This document shows positions 18,666-26,850 of a DNA stretch of 64,000 nucleotides, one piece after another. Position 1 is the first letter of the stretch; every line of letters begins with the position of its first letter. The stretch is from an uncultured Bacilli bacterium (lineage in GTDB: Bacteria > Bacillota_I > Bacilli_A > RF39 > UBA660): positions 3,233 to 67,232 of the forward strand of contig CANRJW010000002.1 in NCBI GenBank assembly GCA_947631035.1, given 5' to 3'. The position numbers and the translations under genes are program-made. The notes under the pieces were generated by a model. It was given only the letters and a program-made list of their open reading frames with translations, did no database searches and had not been told where the DNA came from.

Positions 18666-19518
18666 ATTTAACAAATGTTCTTTTATTTGATCTTTTACTT
18701 TCTACAAAATGAGTTTTGATGTAAATCTCTCTATGAGCCTCATAATTTCTGTTATTATGGAAAGAACCAAAATCGGGAATTGCTTCATTAAGGGGAAGAC
18801 CACCTTCAAGATTCTTCATGTAGGGATGCTCATTAGATTCAATAAGAGGCCTACCATTGAGATTTATAAATTCTTCTATATCCATGTGATCTATTGGTTG
18901 CCCATCTATTATATAAATCATATCTGGGGTGTTTATCTTCTTACCAGCTTGATGATCAGCAGAAATAGTAATTGAGGATAATTGGGTTCTATTCTCATAT
19001 ACAAGATTCCAAATTATATCAAACCAATTAAAATCAAAAGAGCTTACCCTAGCGTAAATATCCTTACCTGAACCTCCTCTATATTTATCACTCATTCTAA
19101 CCCTTAAGAACTCTTGATTCATTCTATTATTTAATTCTTCCCACAATGCCTTACAAGTTGCAATATAATTATCATCAATATCATTTGCAGGTTTAGGATC
19201 AACTACTATAGATAATTCATTTAGGAATATTTTAAGAATATCTTTATCCATTCCAAATTTATGGGTGGCTTCAAAAGAATCATCCATACCAAGAACACCT
19301 CCAGCAAGGCATTCTAAACATTCCTTCATTAGGGGTTTAATATTTTGGTTTGAATGATCTAAAAACCAATTAAGAAACCATGGATCATTAAATAAATCCA
19401 CCATATTAGTAGCAAAGGATTCTTTTACATCATGTAGAATATAAGGATGAATGGATCTACATTCAAATATTTCACCATCGTTACGTACCATGTAAGGTGT
19501 TCTTTCTTTTAACCGCAT
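18664..19518 (-). CDS. hypothetical protein, paralog of 26851..27669
   Basis: Shared blocks TPYMVRNDGEIF vs TPYMLRNDGKVI, NQEFLRVR vs NQEFLRFR, and RVSSFDFNWFD vs RVSSKGFDWSD. Confidence 0.5.
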   Translation of the reverse strand: MRLKERTPYMVRNDGEIFECRSIHPYILHDVKESFATNMVDLFNDPWFLNWFLDHSNQNIKPLMKECLECLAGGVLGMDDSFEATHKFGMDKDILKIFLNELSIVVDPKPANDIDDNYIATCKALWEELNNRMNQEFLRVRMSDKYRGGSGKDIYARVSSFDFNWFDIIWNLVYENRTQLSSITISADHQAGKKINTPDMIYIIDGQPIDHMDIEEFINLNGRPLIESNEHPYMKNLEGGLPLNEAIPDFGSFHNNRNYEAHREIYIKTHFVESKRSNKRTFVK

Positions 19519-19532
19519 TTATATTCTCCTAT

Positions 19533-19579
19533 AAGATAAAAATGAGAGGCCCCATATGCAGAAACACACGAAGCCTCTC
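19533..19579 (-). terminator. rho-independent terminator closing the tRNA operon
   Basis: 7-bp stem GAGAGGC/GCCTCTC followed on the minus strand by ATTTTTAT, placed between the tRNA block and the 284-aa gene. Confidence 0.55.
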
Positions 19580-19852
19580 TTGGATAAAGAAATATGGAAA
19601 GAATTCGGAAAAATCTACATCAATTAACTATATAGAGATTATTCAGTTTTCTATAATGTTTATACCAAAACTTAAAGTGTTTCATAAATAATCTCCTAAG
19701 GTTGATGTACAACTAATTTAGCAATAGTTCTGCTTTCTTTTTGATCAGAAGAAGCAGAAAGAAACTGATCGGTTAAAACGGACCGATGTTCCGCAACAAG
19801 CTGAGTTACGAGGGTGTCGTGCCGTACAACTTGTTAAGGTAGTTGTCAACCA

Positions 19853-19938
19853 TGGTCGGGGCAGTGGGACTTGAACCCACACGTCTTAAAGACCACGGAT
19901 TTTAAGTCCGTTCCGTCTGCCAATTCCAGCATACCCCG
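19853..19938 (-). tRNA. tRNA-Leu (anticodon TAA), type II
   Basis: Fold ACGGA-CTTAAAA-TCCGT, variable arm GTCTT..AAGAC, T-arm GTGGG-TTCAAGT-CCCAC, acceptor CGGGGTA/TGCCCCG-A-CCA. Confidence 0.7.
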
Positions 19939-20029
19939 ATATTGAAGCCCTTCGCTCCTGTAGGTCTGCCAGGACCATCATTTGCTAGGCTTCTCAGCAG
20001 TTCAATTTCTCTTCTGGCAAAGGGTGCTG

Positions 20030-20102
20030 CACATCCCTGTGGGATTCGAACCCAGACCTCCACCCCGCTTGGGTGGTACTCTACCCTTTAAGCTACGGGA
20101 TT
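20030..20102 (-). tRNA. tRNA-like element (canonical GGGTTCGAATCCC T-arm, atypical anticodon and acceptor)
   Basis: D-arm-like TAGCTTAAAGGGTAGAG and a CCACC-CAAGCGG-GGTGG hairpin lacking U33; the acceptor pairing is only partial. Confidence 0.3.
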
Positions 20103-20293
20103 ATAAAAATTTATAGGCTGTTTATCTCATTCCATTTACTACTGCTTCTCTAATCTAAATATTACTAAATGTCAGGTTGTACCTCTTGGCTATCTTGAAC
20201 CTGTTCATATTCAGCTTCGTAGCACCTACAAAGTTATTCTTTATATCTCTATTTTATTTTTTAACCAAAAGAGATATTTGAGAAAAACATTAC

Positions 20294-20370
20294 TGGTGGT
20301 CCACCTCGGGCTCGAACCGAGAACCGGCTGTTTATGAGACAGCTGCTCTAACCTATTGCGCTAATGGACC
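20294..20370 (-). tRNA. tRNA-Met (anticodon CAT), elongator type, or lysidine-modified Ile
   Basis: Fold GCTGT-CTCATAA-ACAGC, CTCGG-TTCGAGC-CCGAG, acceptor GGTCCAT/GTGGACC-A-CCA; no initiator hallmarks. Confidence 0.75.
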
Positions 20371-20374
20371 ATAA

Positions 20375-20463
20375 TGGACGGTGAAGGACTTGAACCTCCG
20401 GCGACCAGCGATTGCAGATGTTACTCATACAACCTCCCGCTCTACCAACTAAGCTAACCGCCC
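20375..20463 (-). tRNA. tRNA-like element of 89 nt with no canonical anticodon arm (intron-containing or degenerate); CCA not encoded
   Basis: Good acceptor GGGCGGT/ACCGTCC, D-arm GCTT-AGTTGGTA-GAGC and T-arm GGAGG-TTCAAGT-CCTTC, but the 38-nt interior (GGAGGTTGTATGAGTAACATCTGCAATCGCTGGTCGCC) gives no 5-bp stem with a 7-nt loop. Confidence 0.35.
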
Positions 20464-20569
20464 ATAAATACTAATGCATGTTAGTAAAGAATTTTGTAAG
20501 AAGTACTTTTAGCTCACAGATTGTGATTGTCAATTTCCACCACGTGAAGGTAGTACCTCATCGGAAATC

Positions 20570-20640
20570 TACAGGGTGGAGGAGTCGAACCCCAATCGCC
20601 GGATATAAGCCGGGTGCAACGACCGCATCACCTACCCTGC
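20570..20640 (-). tRNA. tRNA-Ile (anticodon TAT); CCA not encoded
   Basis: Acceptor GCAGGGT/ACCCTGT with a G1.U72 pair, anticodon arm CCGG-CTTATAT-CCGG, T-loop TTCGACT. Confidence 0.55.
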
Positions 20641-20695
20641 GTATTTTAAAAATTTATCATTTCTACTCTGATATACACTTTCTACTTAACCAAAA

Positions 20696-20863
20696 TTAAA
20701 AGGTAGAGACGTAATATCCAAATTTTCGGTTAATCTCTTTTTCTTCCTTCTTTTCAAGATCTTTCATGTCCTCAATTGCATCCCAGTAGTCATCATAGCT
20801 GTCTACCACCGTTGTACTGCCTGTTTCTCTTTCTACTCTCTTCAGATAATATTTGCTGTTCAT
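20696..20863 (-). CDS. small hypothetical protein (about 55 aa)
   Basis: Hand-translated ORF whose start overlaps the upstream gene's stop as ATGA. Confidence 0.3.
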   Translation of the reverse strand: MNSKYYLKRVERETGSTTVVDSYDDYWDAIEDMKDLEKKEEKEINRKFGYYVSTF

Positions 20864-21066
20864 TCGTTCACCTCTACATTTTTAGCCGCTTCCATGGCTG
20901 TAATCACACCAAGCTTCTTATCTGCCTCTCCACGAAGCGTCAACACTTCTTCGTAAGAAAGCTTATCTGCAAATTGCAGGGCATCAATAATACCGTATAC
21001 GTAGTGCCAATCGACAACTCTTTCCATGGTGTCGATGATTTCGCAAACATACTCTACATAACTCAT
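20860..21066 (-). CDS. hypothetical small protein
   Basis: 68 aa ORF with a promoter module upstream at about 21091-21140. Confidence 0.4.
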   Translation of the reverse strand: MSYVEYVCEIIDTMERVVDWHYVYGIIDALQFADKLSYEEVLTLRGEADKKLGVITAMEAAKNVEVNE

Positions 21067-21144
21067 ACTTTTTACCTCACTCCCTAATCTTCCCTTATAT
21101 TATATAATAGTTGAAAGGAAAAATCAACTAAAAACTAACAAAAT

Positions 21145-21618
21145 TTATCCTTTATCCCTTTCCTTTAAGACTAAACTCTGATTTTTATAGTACTTATTCC
21201 AGGTAACTTCCACTTCAAAGAAATCTGGGGGAATAAATGTATTGGCTTCTTCTTTAGTTGGGAATTCAACTTCACCCATAATCAACCCTTCGAGAGCCCC
21301 TTTGTAGATATCTATCTCGATTTTATGCATACCGTAAGGAAGAACATATCTATCCTTCTCAATAATATTACCTACAATATTATGTTTGTTCGCTTCAAAT
21401 TCGGCTTGCGTACACTCTGTTTCTATTTCTTCCCGTTGTAGACCGTCATCCACTTGCTTTTTTATGGTATGAAAATAAATATCATCTTGTCGTCTATATC
21501 GCTCTTCCACATCGCCTACTTGCACATAGTATTGGGTAAGGTGACGTGATAATAATTTGTTCGATAAGATAATCTGCCTGACAAGATCGTTTAACAAAAA
21601 CTTGCGCTCAATTTCCAT
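21145..21618 (-). CDS. CYTH-domain protein (triphosphate tunnel metalloenzyme; CyaB/thiamine-triphosphatase-like)
   Basis: The N-terminal MEIERKFLL matches the CYTH EIExKF signature; 157 aa with acidic residues spaced along the sequence. Confidence 0.55.
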   Translation of the reverse strand: MEIERKFLLNDLVRQIILSNKLLSRHLTQYYVQVGDVEERYRRQDDIYFHTIKKQVDDGLQREEIETECTQAEFEANKHNIVGNIIEKDRYVLPYGMHKIEIDIYKGALEGLIMGEVEFPTKEEANTFIPPDFFEVEVTWNKYYKNQSLVLKERDKG

Positions 21619-21645
21619 TTTATAACTTTTTAAGTTTAGGCGGCT

Positions 21646-21825
21646 TTAGGCTGGGTACCAAAACCCGCAATTTGCAGCTCCCAACTGATTGTGATTAGCA
21701 TCATAAATGTACACTACAGACGCTTCCCTTCCCGTCTTATTTAACATCTTATCAATAAGATCATCGAGTGAAAGTTTAAACTGCTTGATATGACCATTCA
21801 TGTACTCTACAATATAGTTTTCCAT
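21646..21825 (-). CDS. small hypothetical protein (59 aa)
   Basis: Hand-translated ORF, MENYIVEYMNGHIKQF... Confidence 0.3.
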   Translation of the reverse strand: MENYIVEYMNGHIKQFKLSLDDLIDKMLNKTGREASVVYIYDANHNQLGAANCGFWYPA

Positions 21826-22139
21826 GTAACACCTTGATCTCTTATTATATAAAAACCCAGGCAGGCTACAGCGTTCCTTGCTTCTCGCTGCTTGGCATTC
21901 TGCCCCCGATACCTGCCTATATCCTTACACACATATTCCTGCTCGGAGAGAACACAGGAATGTGAATGGCTGTCAAAAATTACTGAGAAGCATCGCCGAA
22001 TCGAACGGTAGGTCATGCATGACCTTCAACAGGGGTATGTGGATCCCCCTCACCTAGAACTTCCCAGGGCGCCTGAATCGAACAGGTTCGCTATGCATCG
22101 CTACTTTCACTTATCCACACCTTAGCGCCAGCACCAAAA

Positions 22140-22254
22140 TGGTCAGGTTGACTGGGATTGAACCAGCACCCGCTTGCCTCATTGGCAAGCCATCTACCGC
22201 GGACATAATAACGTGGTCACGCTGCTTTTGTCCTTCTATTGAAAGTACAACCTG
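22140..22254 (-). ncRNA. roughly 115-nt tRNA-like RNA with an 8-bp acceptor-like stem, a canonical T-arm and a CCA end
   Basis: 3' end GCTGG-TTCAATC-CCAGT-CAACCTGA-CCA. The only complement to CAACCTGA (TCAGGTTG) lies 100 nt upstream at 22247-22254. The interior holds hairpins GCTTGC-CAATGAG-GCAAGC and GGACA..TGTCC. Confidence 0.3.
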
Positions 22255-22382
22255 ATATCTAGTTCACAGTTCTTCAAAGCAACACTGTGAAATGCTTTCC
22301 TACCGTAGTCGGAAAAGACCAGCCTTGCGTTGCCCCTTCCCATCTACATACCTATTATATAATATAAGAAGGAAAGAATCAA

Positions 22383-22823
22383 CTATTTTTGTGCAGGTTT
22401 CCAACCTTTTTCTGCATCTAAGTAGCAGAGGTAATGAGAGCTGTTATCTTCGATGACCCGTACCTTTTTTATTCCGTTGTGAGGGGTAAGATTAAATTCG
22501 TGCTTAAGAAATGTGATTACATCTTCATAGTTGATATTACCGTTAAGAAAGATCTTAGCAACACCGTTATGAATCTCAACCCTTCCCCTTGGATAGTAAT
22601 TATACGACTTACCATGCGTTTGAGACTTAGGTAACTGGCTCCATACAAGTTTATGGTTGTAAGTGTTTCCACTTTTGGCTATTCCAATATCATCCAATTC
22701 AATTGCATTACCATTTACATCAGAATCAATTTTGAAACAATAGTTGGAATTATTATAGGGATCAGTCTCATCTACAATCCAGAAAATGCCTTTATATAGA
22801 TTTGAATCTTCAAGCAATCTCAT
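22383..22823 (-). CDS. hypothetical protein, paralog of 513..926
   Basis: See 513..926; a promoter module lies upstream at 22351-22390. Confidence 0.5.
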   Translation of the reverse strand: MRLLEDSNLYKGIFWIVDETDPYNNSNYCFKIDSDVNGNAIELDDIGIAKSGNTYNHKLVWSQLPKSQTHGKSYNYYPRGRVEIHNGVAKIFLNGNINYEDVITFLKHEFNLTPHNGIKKVRVIEDNSSHYLCYLDAEKGWKPAQK

Positions 22824-22841
22824 TCTTAATTTTTCCTTTAC

Positions 22842-23225
22842 CTAGTCACTAACAAGTCGTCTAACATACTTTTCAAGATCTTGAAGTAAAAGTGCTTCTA
22901 CATGTAGACTATCAAGATAACTCGTAAGACAATTCATACCATCAAAAGAGCCGATATCTGGAAGTTTATATTGAAAATACCATTTATCGCTCCATGTGTA
23001 GATATTAACTTTAGTGCGAATAAAATATCCGTTAAAGGTAACAACAGGTGCTTTGCTCTTATAACAAACAATTTGCAATCTTCCGAGGTGTGTATTCCCA
23101 TCATTGGAGTACATCTCTACTTGGTACCATTCTGAATTCTGAGAAATATCCTCATAAGACAGTTCAAACTTGCAGCCATTGTTTTCTGGGTACGGAACTA
23201 CATAATTAAGCTTATCTCTATTCAT
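22842..23225 (-). CDS. hypothetical protein
   Basis: 127 aa ORF. Confidence 0.45.
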   Translation of the reverse strand: MNRDKLNYVVPYPENNGCKFELSYEDISQNSEWYQVEMYSNDGNTHLGRLQIVCYKSKAPVVTFNGYFIRTKVNIYTWSDKWYFQYKLPDIGSFDGMNCLTSYLDSLHVEALLLQDLEKYVRRLVSD

Positions 23226-23523
23226 ACATATTCCATCCCTTTAACTTCTCAGTTGAATTATTTTCAAGGAGCTCGTCTGCAAAGGCTAATGCCTTCTTTC
23301 TCTCTTCATCTTCTTCTTTAACAATTGCAGCTTCAATTTGATTATATTGAATGCCCCAGTAGATAGCCATGCACATGAAGAAGGCAGCTGGAATAAGCAA
23401 AAGCAGGTACCACAGTGAAACTGAAACCCCAATTACCCCCAGTAACATATTTACACCTGCCAGAATGTAGTTGATAGTTTCTTGTCTACTACAAGAGATT
23501 AAATCTTTAAGTTTCTTTTCCAT
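23218..23523 (-). CDS. small membrane protein
   Basis: Two hydrophobic helices (LAGVNMLLGVIGVSVSLWYLLLLIPAAFFMCMAIYW). Confidence 0.45.
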   Translation of the reverse strand: MEKKLKDLISCSRQETINYILAGVNMLLGVIGVSVSLWYLLLLIPAAFFMCMAIYWGIQYNQIEAAIVKEEDEERKKALAFADELLENNSTEKLKGWNMYE

Positions 23524-23526
23524 TAT

Positions 23527-23733
23527 TTATACCCCATAAGTTCTAGGAATCTTATTCTCAATCTCTTCAGGGGTATCCCCTGGATAGATTAATGTTGAAT
23601 AATTTCCGCTGTAAGGAAAGTGCCAGTTCAGTTTAACAATCGATTGTTCTAACCCCGCAATCTTTACTGCTTCTTCAATCTCTTCATGAGAAGGAGTTCT
23701 ATCATCGCTTTGATACTCAATAATCTTCTTCAT
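23527..23733 (-). CDS. hypothetical small protein
   Basis: 68 aa ORF. Confidence 0.4.
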   Translation of the reverse strand: MKKIIEYQSDDRTPSHEEIEEAVKIAGLEQSIVKLNWHFPYSGNYSTLIYPGDTPEEIENKIPRTYGV

Positions 23734-23747
23734 CGTTTGATTCTCCT

Positions 23748-23912
23748 TTAGATAGGAAGGATAGAATGTACAATTCTGTCGTTCTCATCTCTAATTTCTG
23801 CATAACCATAGTAACTGGCGTATTCCTGGGCTACGCTCTCCACCGTTCTTTCCTCTCCGACAGGAGCTTCTTTTAACTCTTCATTGTCATCGTAGTACCA
23901 GACGCTTTTCAT
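23748..23912 (-). CDS. small hypothetical protein (about 54 aa)
   Basis: Hand-translated ORF just downstream of a promoter module. Confidence 0.3.
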   Translation of the reverse strand: MKSVWYYDDNEELKEAPVGEERTVESVAQEYASYYGYAEIRDENDRIVHSILPI

Positions 23913-23944
23913 ATTTATATACCTCACTTCTCTTTACTTCATAC

Positions 23945-23995
23945 ATATTATATAATAAGTAAAAAGAAAGATCAACTACTTTTTATAGTTGATCT
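23945..23995 (-). promoter_or_regulatory. terminator-promoter module, full form
   Basis: GATCAACTA / TAGTTGATC arms plus tattatataat; lies downstream of the fibre paralog 24063..25001 and upstream of the 23748..23912 cassette. Confidence 0.55.
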
Positions 23996-24062
23996 TGAGA
24001 GTTTATTTTATTCTAATGAATTTGTAGCGTCACATATTGTCTCTTTTCGCTCGCGGAGATTC

Positions 24063-25001
24063 TTAAATACAAAAAGCAGGAGCCACACCGCCGTAGCTGT
24101 TAACGTTGCTGCTGCCAGTGCTGTTGATGGTAGCGTTGCCATCGATGCCAACGCCACACCAGTTGTAAGAGACATTCAGCCGAGGAGAACGGAGCCAGTA
24201 ATAGTTGCCACTTGATTCTCCATAATATTTCTTGACGCGCCTCGTGCTTGTTCCTGAACCTATACCGGAGTAGTAGGAATACGCGGTACCCTCAACCGGC
24301 CCATCAGAAGGAGACGTACCAACTCCAATTTCTGTTGCAGAAAGAAGGAACAGTTTTTGACTAACGTTATAGTTTCCTTCATCTACACTTCCACCACTAC
24401 CAATTGATCGTTGTTTAACCCAACAAGGCTTTCTGACAAGTTTTATTCCATCCTGGAGTGCCGGAGGCAATGATGCAAAAATATCCTGTAACGTAGATTG
24501 CAAGGTAACAGCAAGAGGAAATCCTTGCATGTTAGAAGGGAAATAGATATTCGAAGAACTATCATATTCTTTGTAATCAAAGGGCAGGCCAAGTGGGGAT
24601 GTTCCAATTATGTTTTCAAACTCCCATGTGGTCTTTGCTTTTGTTGTACTTGAACCTGACTGATCTGCCAGATCATCATGACTTGTTCCTATAAGTCTAA
24701 TCTTATAGTCGCGTCCATTAATACATCTTTTAATAGTTGCTTCTGTTCCGATTGAGATGTAGCTACCAGCTTCGCATTTTTCTATAAACTCTTCTATGCT
24801 TAAATTAGTACTACCAATTACTACACGCTGCTCTTCGCCGATAGGGCGAGCAATTTTTAACGAAGTGCCATTCACACCGCCTACATAGAGTCTATTCGTG
24901 TCAGCTTCATAAAATGGTTGACCTGGGAGTAAGCTTTCATTGCTTGCTTTTCTTTTATCTGAATTACCTCTGAGAAATTGTATTGAACCATTTCCTGCCA
25001 T
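24063..25001 (-). CDS. tail-fibre/receptor-binding-like protein, paralog family member 2
   Basis: N-terminus MAGNGSIQFLRGN...QPFYEADTNRLYVGG is conserved with 7425..8201 and 37868..38653; the C-terminus is Gly/Ser-rich. Confidence 0.5.
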   Translation of the reverse strand: MAGNGSIQFLRGNSDKRKASNESLLPGQPFYEADTNRLYVGGVNGTSLKIARPIGEEQRVVIGSTNLSIEEFIEKCEAGSYISIGTEATIKRCINGRDYKIRLIGTSHDDLADQSGSSTTKAKTTWEFENIIGTSPLGLPFDYKEYDSSSNIYFPSNMQGFPLAVTLQSTLQDIFASLPPALQDGIKLVRKPCWVKQRSIGSGGSVDEGNYNVSQKLFLLSATEIGVGTSPSDGPVEGTAYSYYSGIGSGTSTRRVKKYYGESSGNYYWLRSPRLNVSYNWCGVGIDGNATINSTGSSNVNSYGGVAPAFCI

Positions 25002-25157
25002 TAAATAACCTCCCTTGAGAGGTTCTCGAGGGAGGTGAGGTTAGTTAAAAATTGCGCCCCCCCCCCCATAAAAACTAAAGTTTTTCATGTGAGAGAAGAC
25101 TCCTTTTTTTTTTATTTTTATTTTTTGATATTTTTACCTATGTAATTTAGCTAAGCT

Positions 25158-25328
25158 TTATACACTGTGAAGAACCTGTTTTAACTGTTTCCATGTTTTC
25201 TTGCATTCATCACATATACATACAGGTTTGTAGTGATCATATATTGGAAATTGTTCACCACATAGCTGACATGTAAACATGGTTACAATATCTTTTTGGG
25301 TTTCTTCACCCTTAATTGCAGTTATCAT
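25158..25328 (-). CDS. small zinc-ribbon-like protein, tandem paralog of 25312..25518
   Basis: CQLCG...CICDECKKTWKQL parallels CNECRRKWNKLCK in the neighbouring gene. Confidence 0.3.
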   Translation of the reverse strand: MITAIKGEETQKDIVTMFTCQLCGEQFPIYDHYKPVCICDECKKTWKQLKQVLHSV

Positions 25329-25518
25329 CTTTTGTTAATTCCTCGATAACATCAACCATTTTACACAGTTTATTCCATTTTCTTCTGCATTCATTACAAA
25401 TTGCAGGTGTATTATAATGTGCAGGAATAGACGTAGAGCCGCCACACAAGAAGCAGCTCATGCACATGTGACTTGTCATGTCTGAAATATGAGCAGTAAC
25501 AACACTATTTCCATCCAT
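25312..25518 (-). CDS. small Cys-rich zinc-finger-like protein
   Basis: 68 aa with CMSCFLCGG...CNECRRKWNKLC. Confidence 0.4.
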   Translation of the reverse strand: MDGNSVVTAHISDMTSHMCMSCFLCGGSTSIPAHYNTPAICNECRRKWNKLCKMVDVIEELTKDDNCN

Positions 25519-25533
25519 TTTAATTTCCCTCTA

Positions 25534-26556
25534 TTAATTCATTTCCAGGCTCATCTTGTTACACTTGATGAGCAGTTTTTCGATATCATTGAAATAAGGC
25601 TTGTCAGGGAGCTTAGTTGTAGCCTCTGCTTCTCTGACTTTTGCTTTTAACTCATCAATCATAACATATAAATCAGGGCTGATTTCACCTTCAGTAGACA
25701 TATACTTACCGTTGCGCACAGACATTAGAAAATCTTTATCTTTCTCTCTATACGTAACTACTTCACCATCTTTAAGAAGATCATAGCACATTAAGAGAAG
25801 ACGAAGAAGATGCATAATATGCTTATTAAGCTTCATATCTTCTTTATTGTTTCTGTGCCCGATATGCTTGTAAGTCTTGATAATATTATTCATCTCTTCC
25901 CACATCATTTTATAATCACGAAGTGGATAATGTTTGAAATTACAATCCATGAAGATTTCAGTTTCCATATCTTCATTTACTGCAGTATCAGCATAAAGAT
26001 GAATATCATTTTCTCCAAATGGATGGTACTTCTCATGGAATGTATTCATTGCACTGTTGATGGAATTGAGAATATGTTCTTCCTGTTTGGGTTGAGATAA
26101 TTTTTCTCTACATACATAATTCTCAAGACGTGCAAGTTGAGCTGAAGCAAACCCAAAGAACTTACCTACTGCTCTCTTAGATAAGAACAAATGTCTGTTA
26201 GCAAGAATTTCTTTACCAATGTCGTTTAGATAAATGTAATGTTCAGGTTTGCATCCAAGGATTTCAAGAGTGTTGGGATTATTTTCAGTAAGAAGCTCAA
26301 ACATTCTGGAAATTGAATAAATAGTAGTATCTGTTTCTTTTTCTACTACCTGTTCAAATCTATGAAGCCCGAAAATTTCATCAGAACTGTGTACAGCAAT
26401 ACCTCTCACATCAACATCAGATGTGGGAGTAGAAAGACCATACGCATGGCTTCCACCTAAAGTGAGAAGACAAATTCTATTGCCTAGGTGAGGTTCAGTT
26501 CTTAAAAAATCATATGCAGGTGTTTTAAGGCTTTCTTTAATTTCCTGAATTGTCAT
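25534..26556 (-). CDS. Pol-beta-superfamily nucleotidyltransferase (minimal NTase fold with a helical C-terminal domain)
   Basis: LTLGGSHAYGLSTPTSDVDVRGIAV matches the hG[GS]x9-13Dh[DE]h motif; 340 aa. Confidence 0.55.
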   Translation of the reverse strand: MTIQEIKESLKTPAYDFLRTEPHLGNRICLLTLGGSHAYGLSTPTSDVDVRGIAVHSSDEIFGLHRFEQVVEKETDTTIYSISRMFELLTENNPNTLEILGCKPEHYIYLNDIGKEILANRHLFLSKRAVGKFFGFASAQLARLENYVCREKLSQPKQEEHILNSINSAMNTFHEKYHPFGENDIHLYADTAVNEDMETEIFMDCNFKHYPLRDYKMMWEEMNNIIKTYKHIGHRNNKEDMKLNKHIMHLLRLLLMCYDLLKDGEVVTYREKDKDFLMSVRNGKYMSTEGEISPDLYVMIDELKAKVREAEATTKLPDKPYFNDIEKLLIKCNKMSLEMN

Positions 26557-26588
26557 TCTATCACCCCCACGGATACCGTGTTTATTTC

Positions 26589-26777
26589 TTAGAGATATTT
26601 GTGTAAATTAGGTGCTACCAGTTTTTCATAAGCTTTGACAAAAGCTGTGCCCACAGTAGCTTGAAGCTCTCGCTCACTTTTTTCTTTTCTCGCCCTGCAC
26701 TTGCTGTGGCAATAAGCAGCACGTCTACATACACTACAGTCCCCACCGTGCTTCCACTGTTCTTGTTCTTCCACCAT
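26589..26777 (-). CDS. small Cys-rich protein
   Basis: 62 aa with CSVCRRAAYCHSKCRARK. Confidence 0.35.
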   Translation of the reverse strand: MVEEQEQWKHGGDCSVCRRAAYCHSKCRARKEKSERELQATVGTAFVKAYEKLVAPNLHKYL

Positions 26778-26799
26778 AATAGATTTACCTCATCTTATT

Positions 26800-26843
26800 T
26801 TCTATACATATTATATAATAATAACAAGAAGAAATCAACTAGT
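26800..26843 (-). promoter_or_regulatory. promoter-module variant
   Basis: atattatataat...aaatcaactag. Confidence 0.45.
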
Positions 26844-26850
26844 TTATATC

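Noticed and set aside
20478-20699. ORF 20478..20699(+) (73 aa)
   Set aside because: It overlaps the Ile(TAT) tRNA on the opposite strand; there is no RBS; it runs against the uniform minus-strand transcription.
21807-22016. ORF 21807..22016(-) (69 aa)
   Set aside because: It lies in the GC-richer, structured non-coding block, overlaps the better small ORF 21646..21825, and has no RBS; judged spurious.
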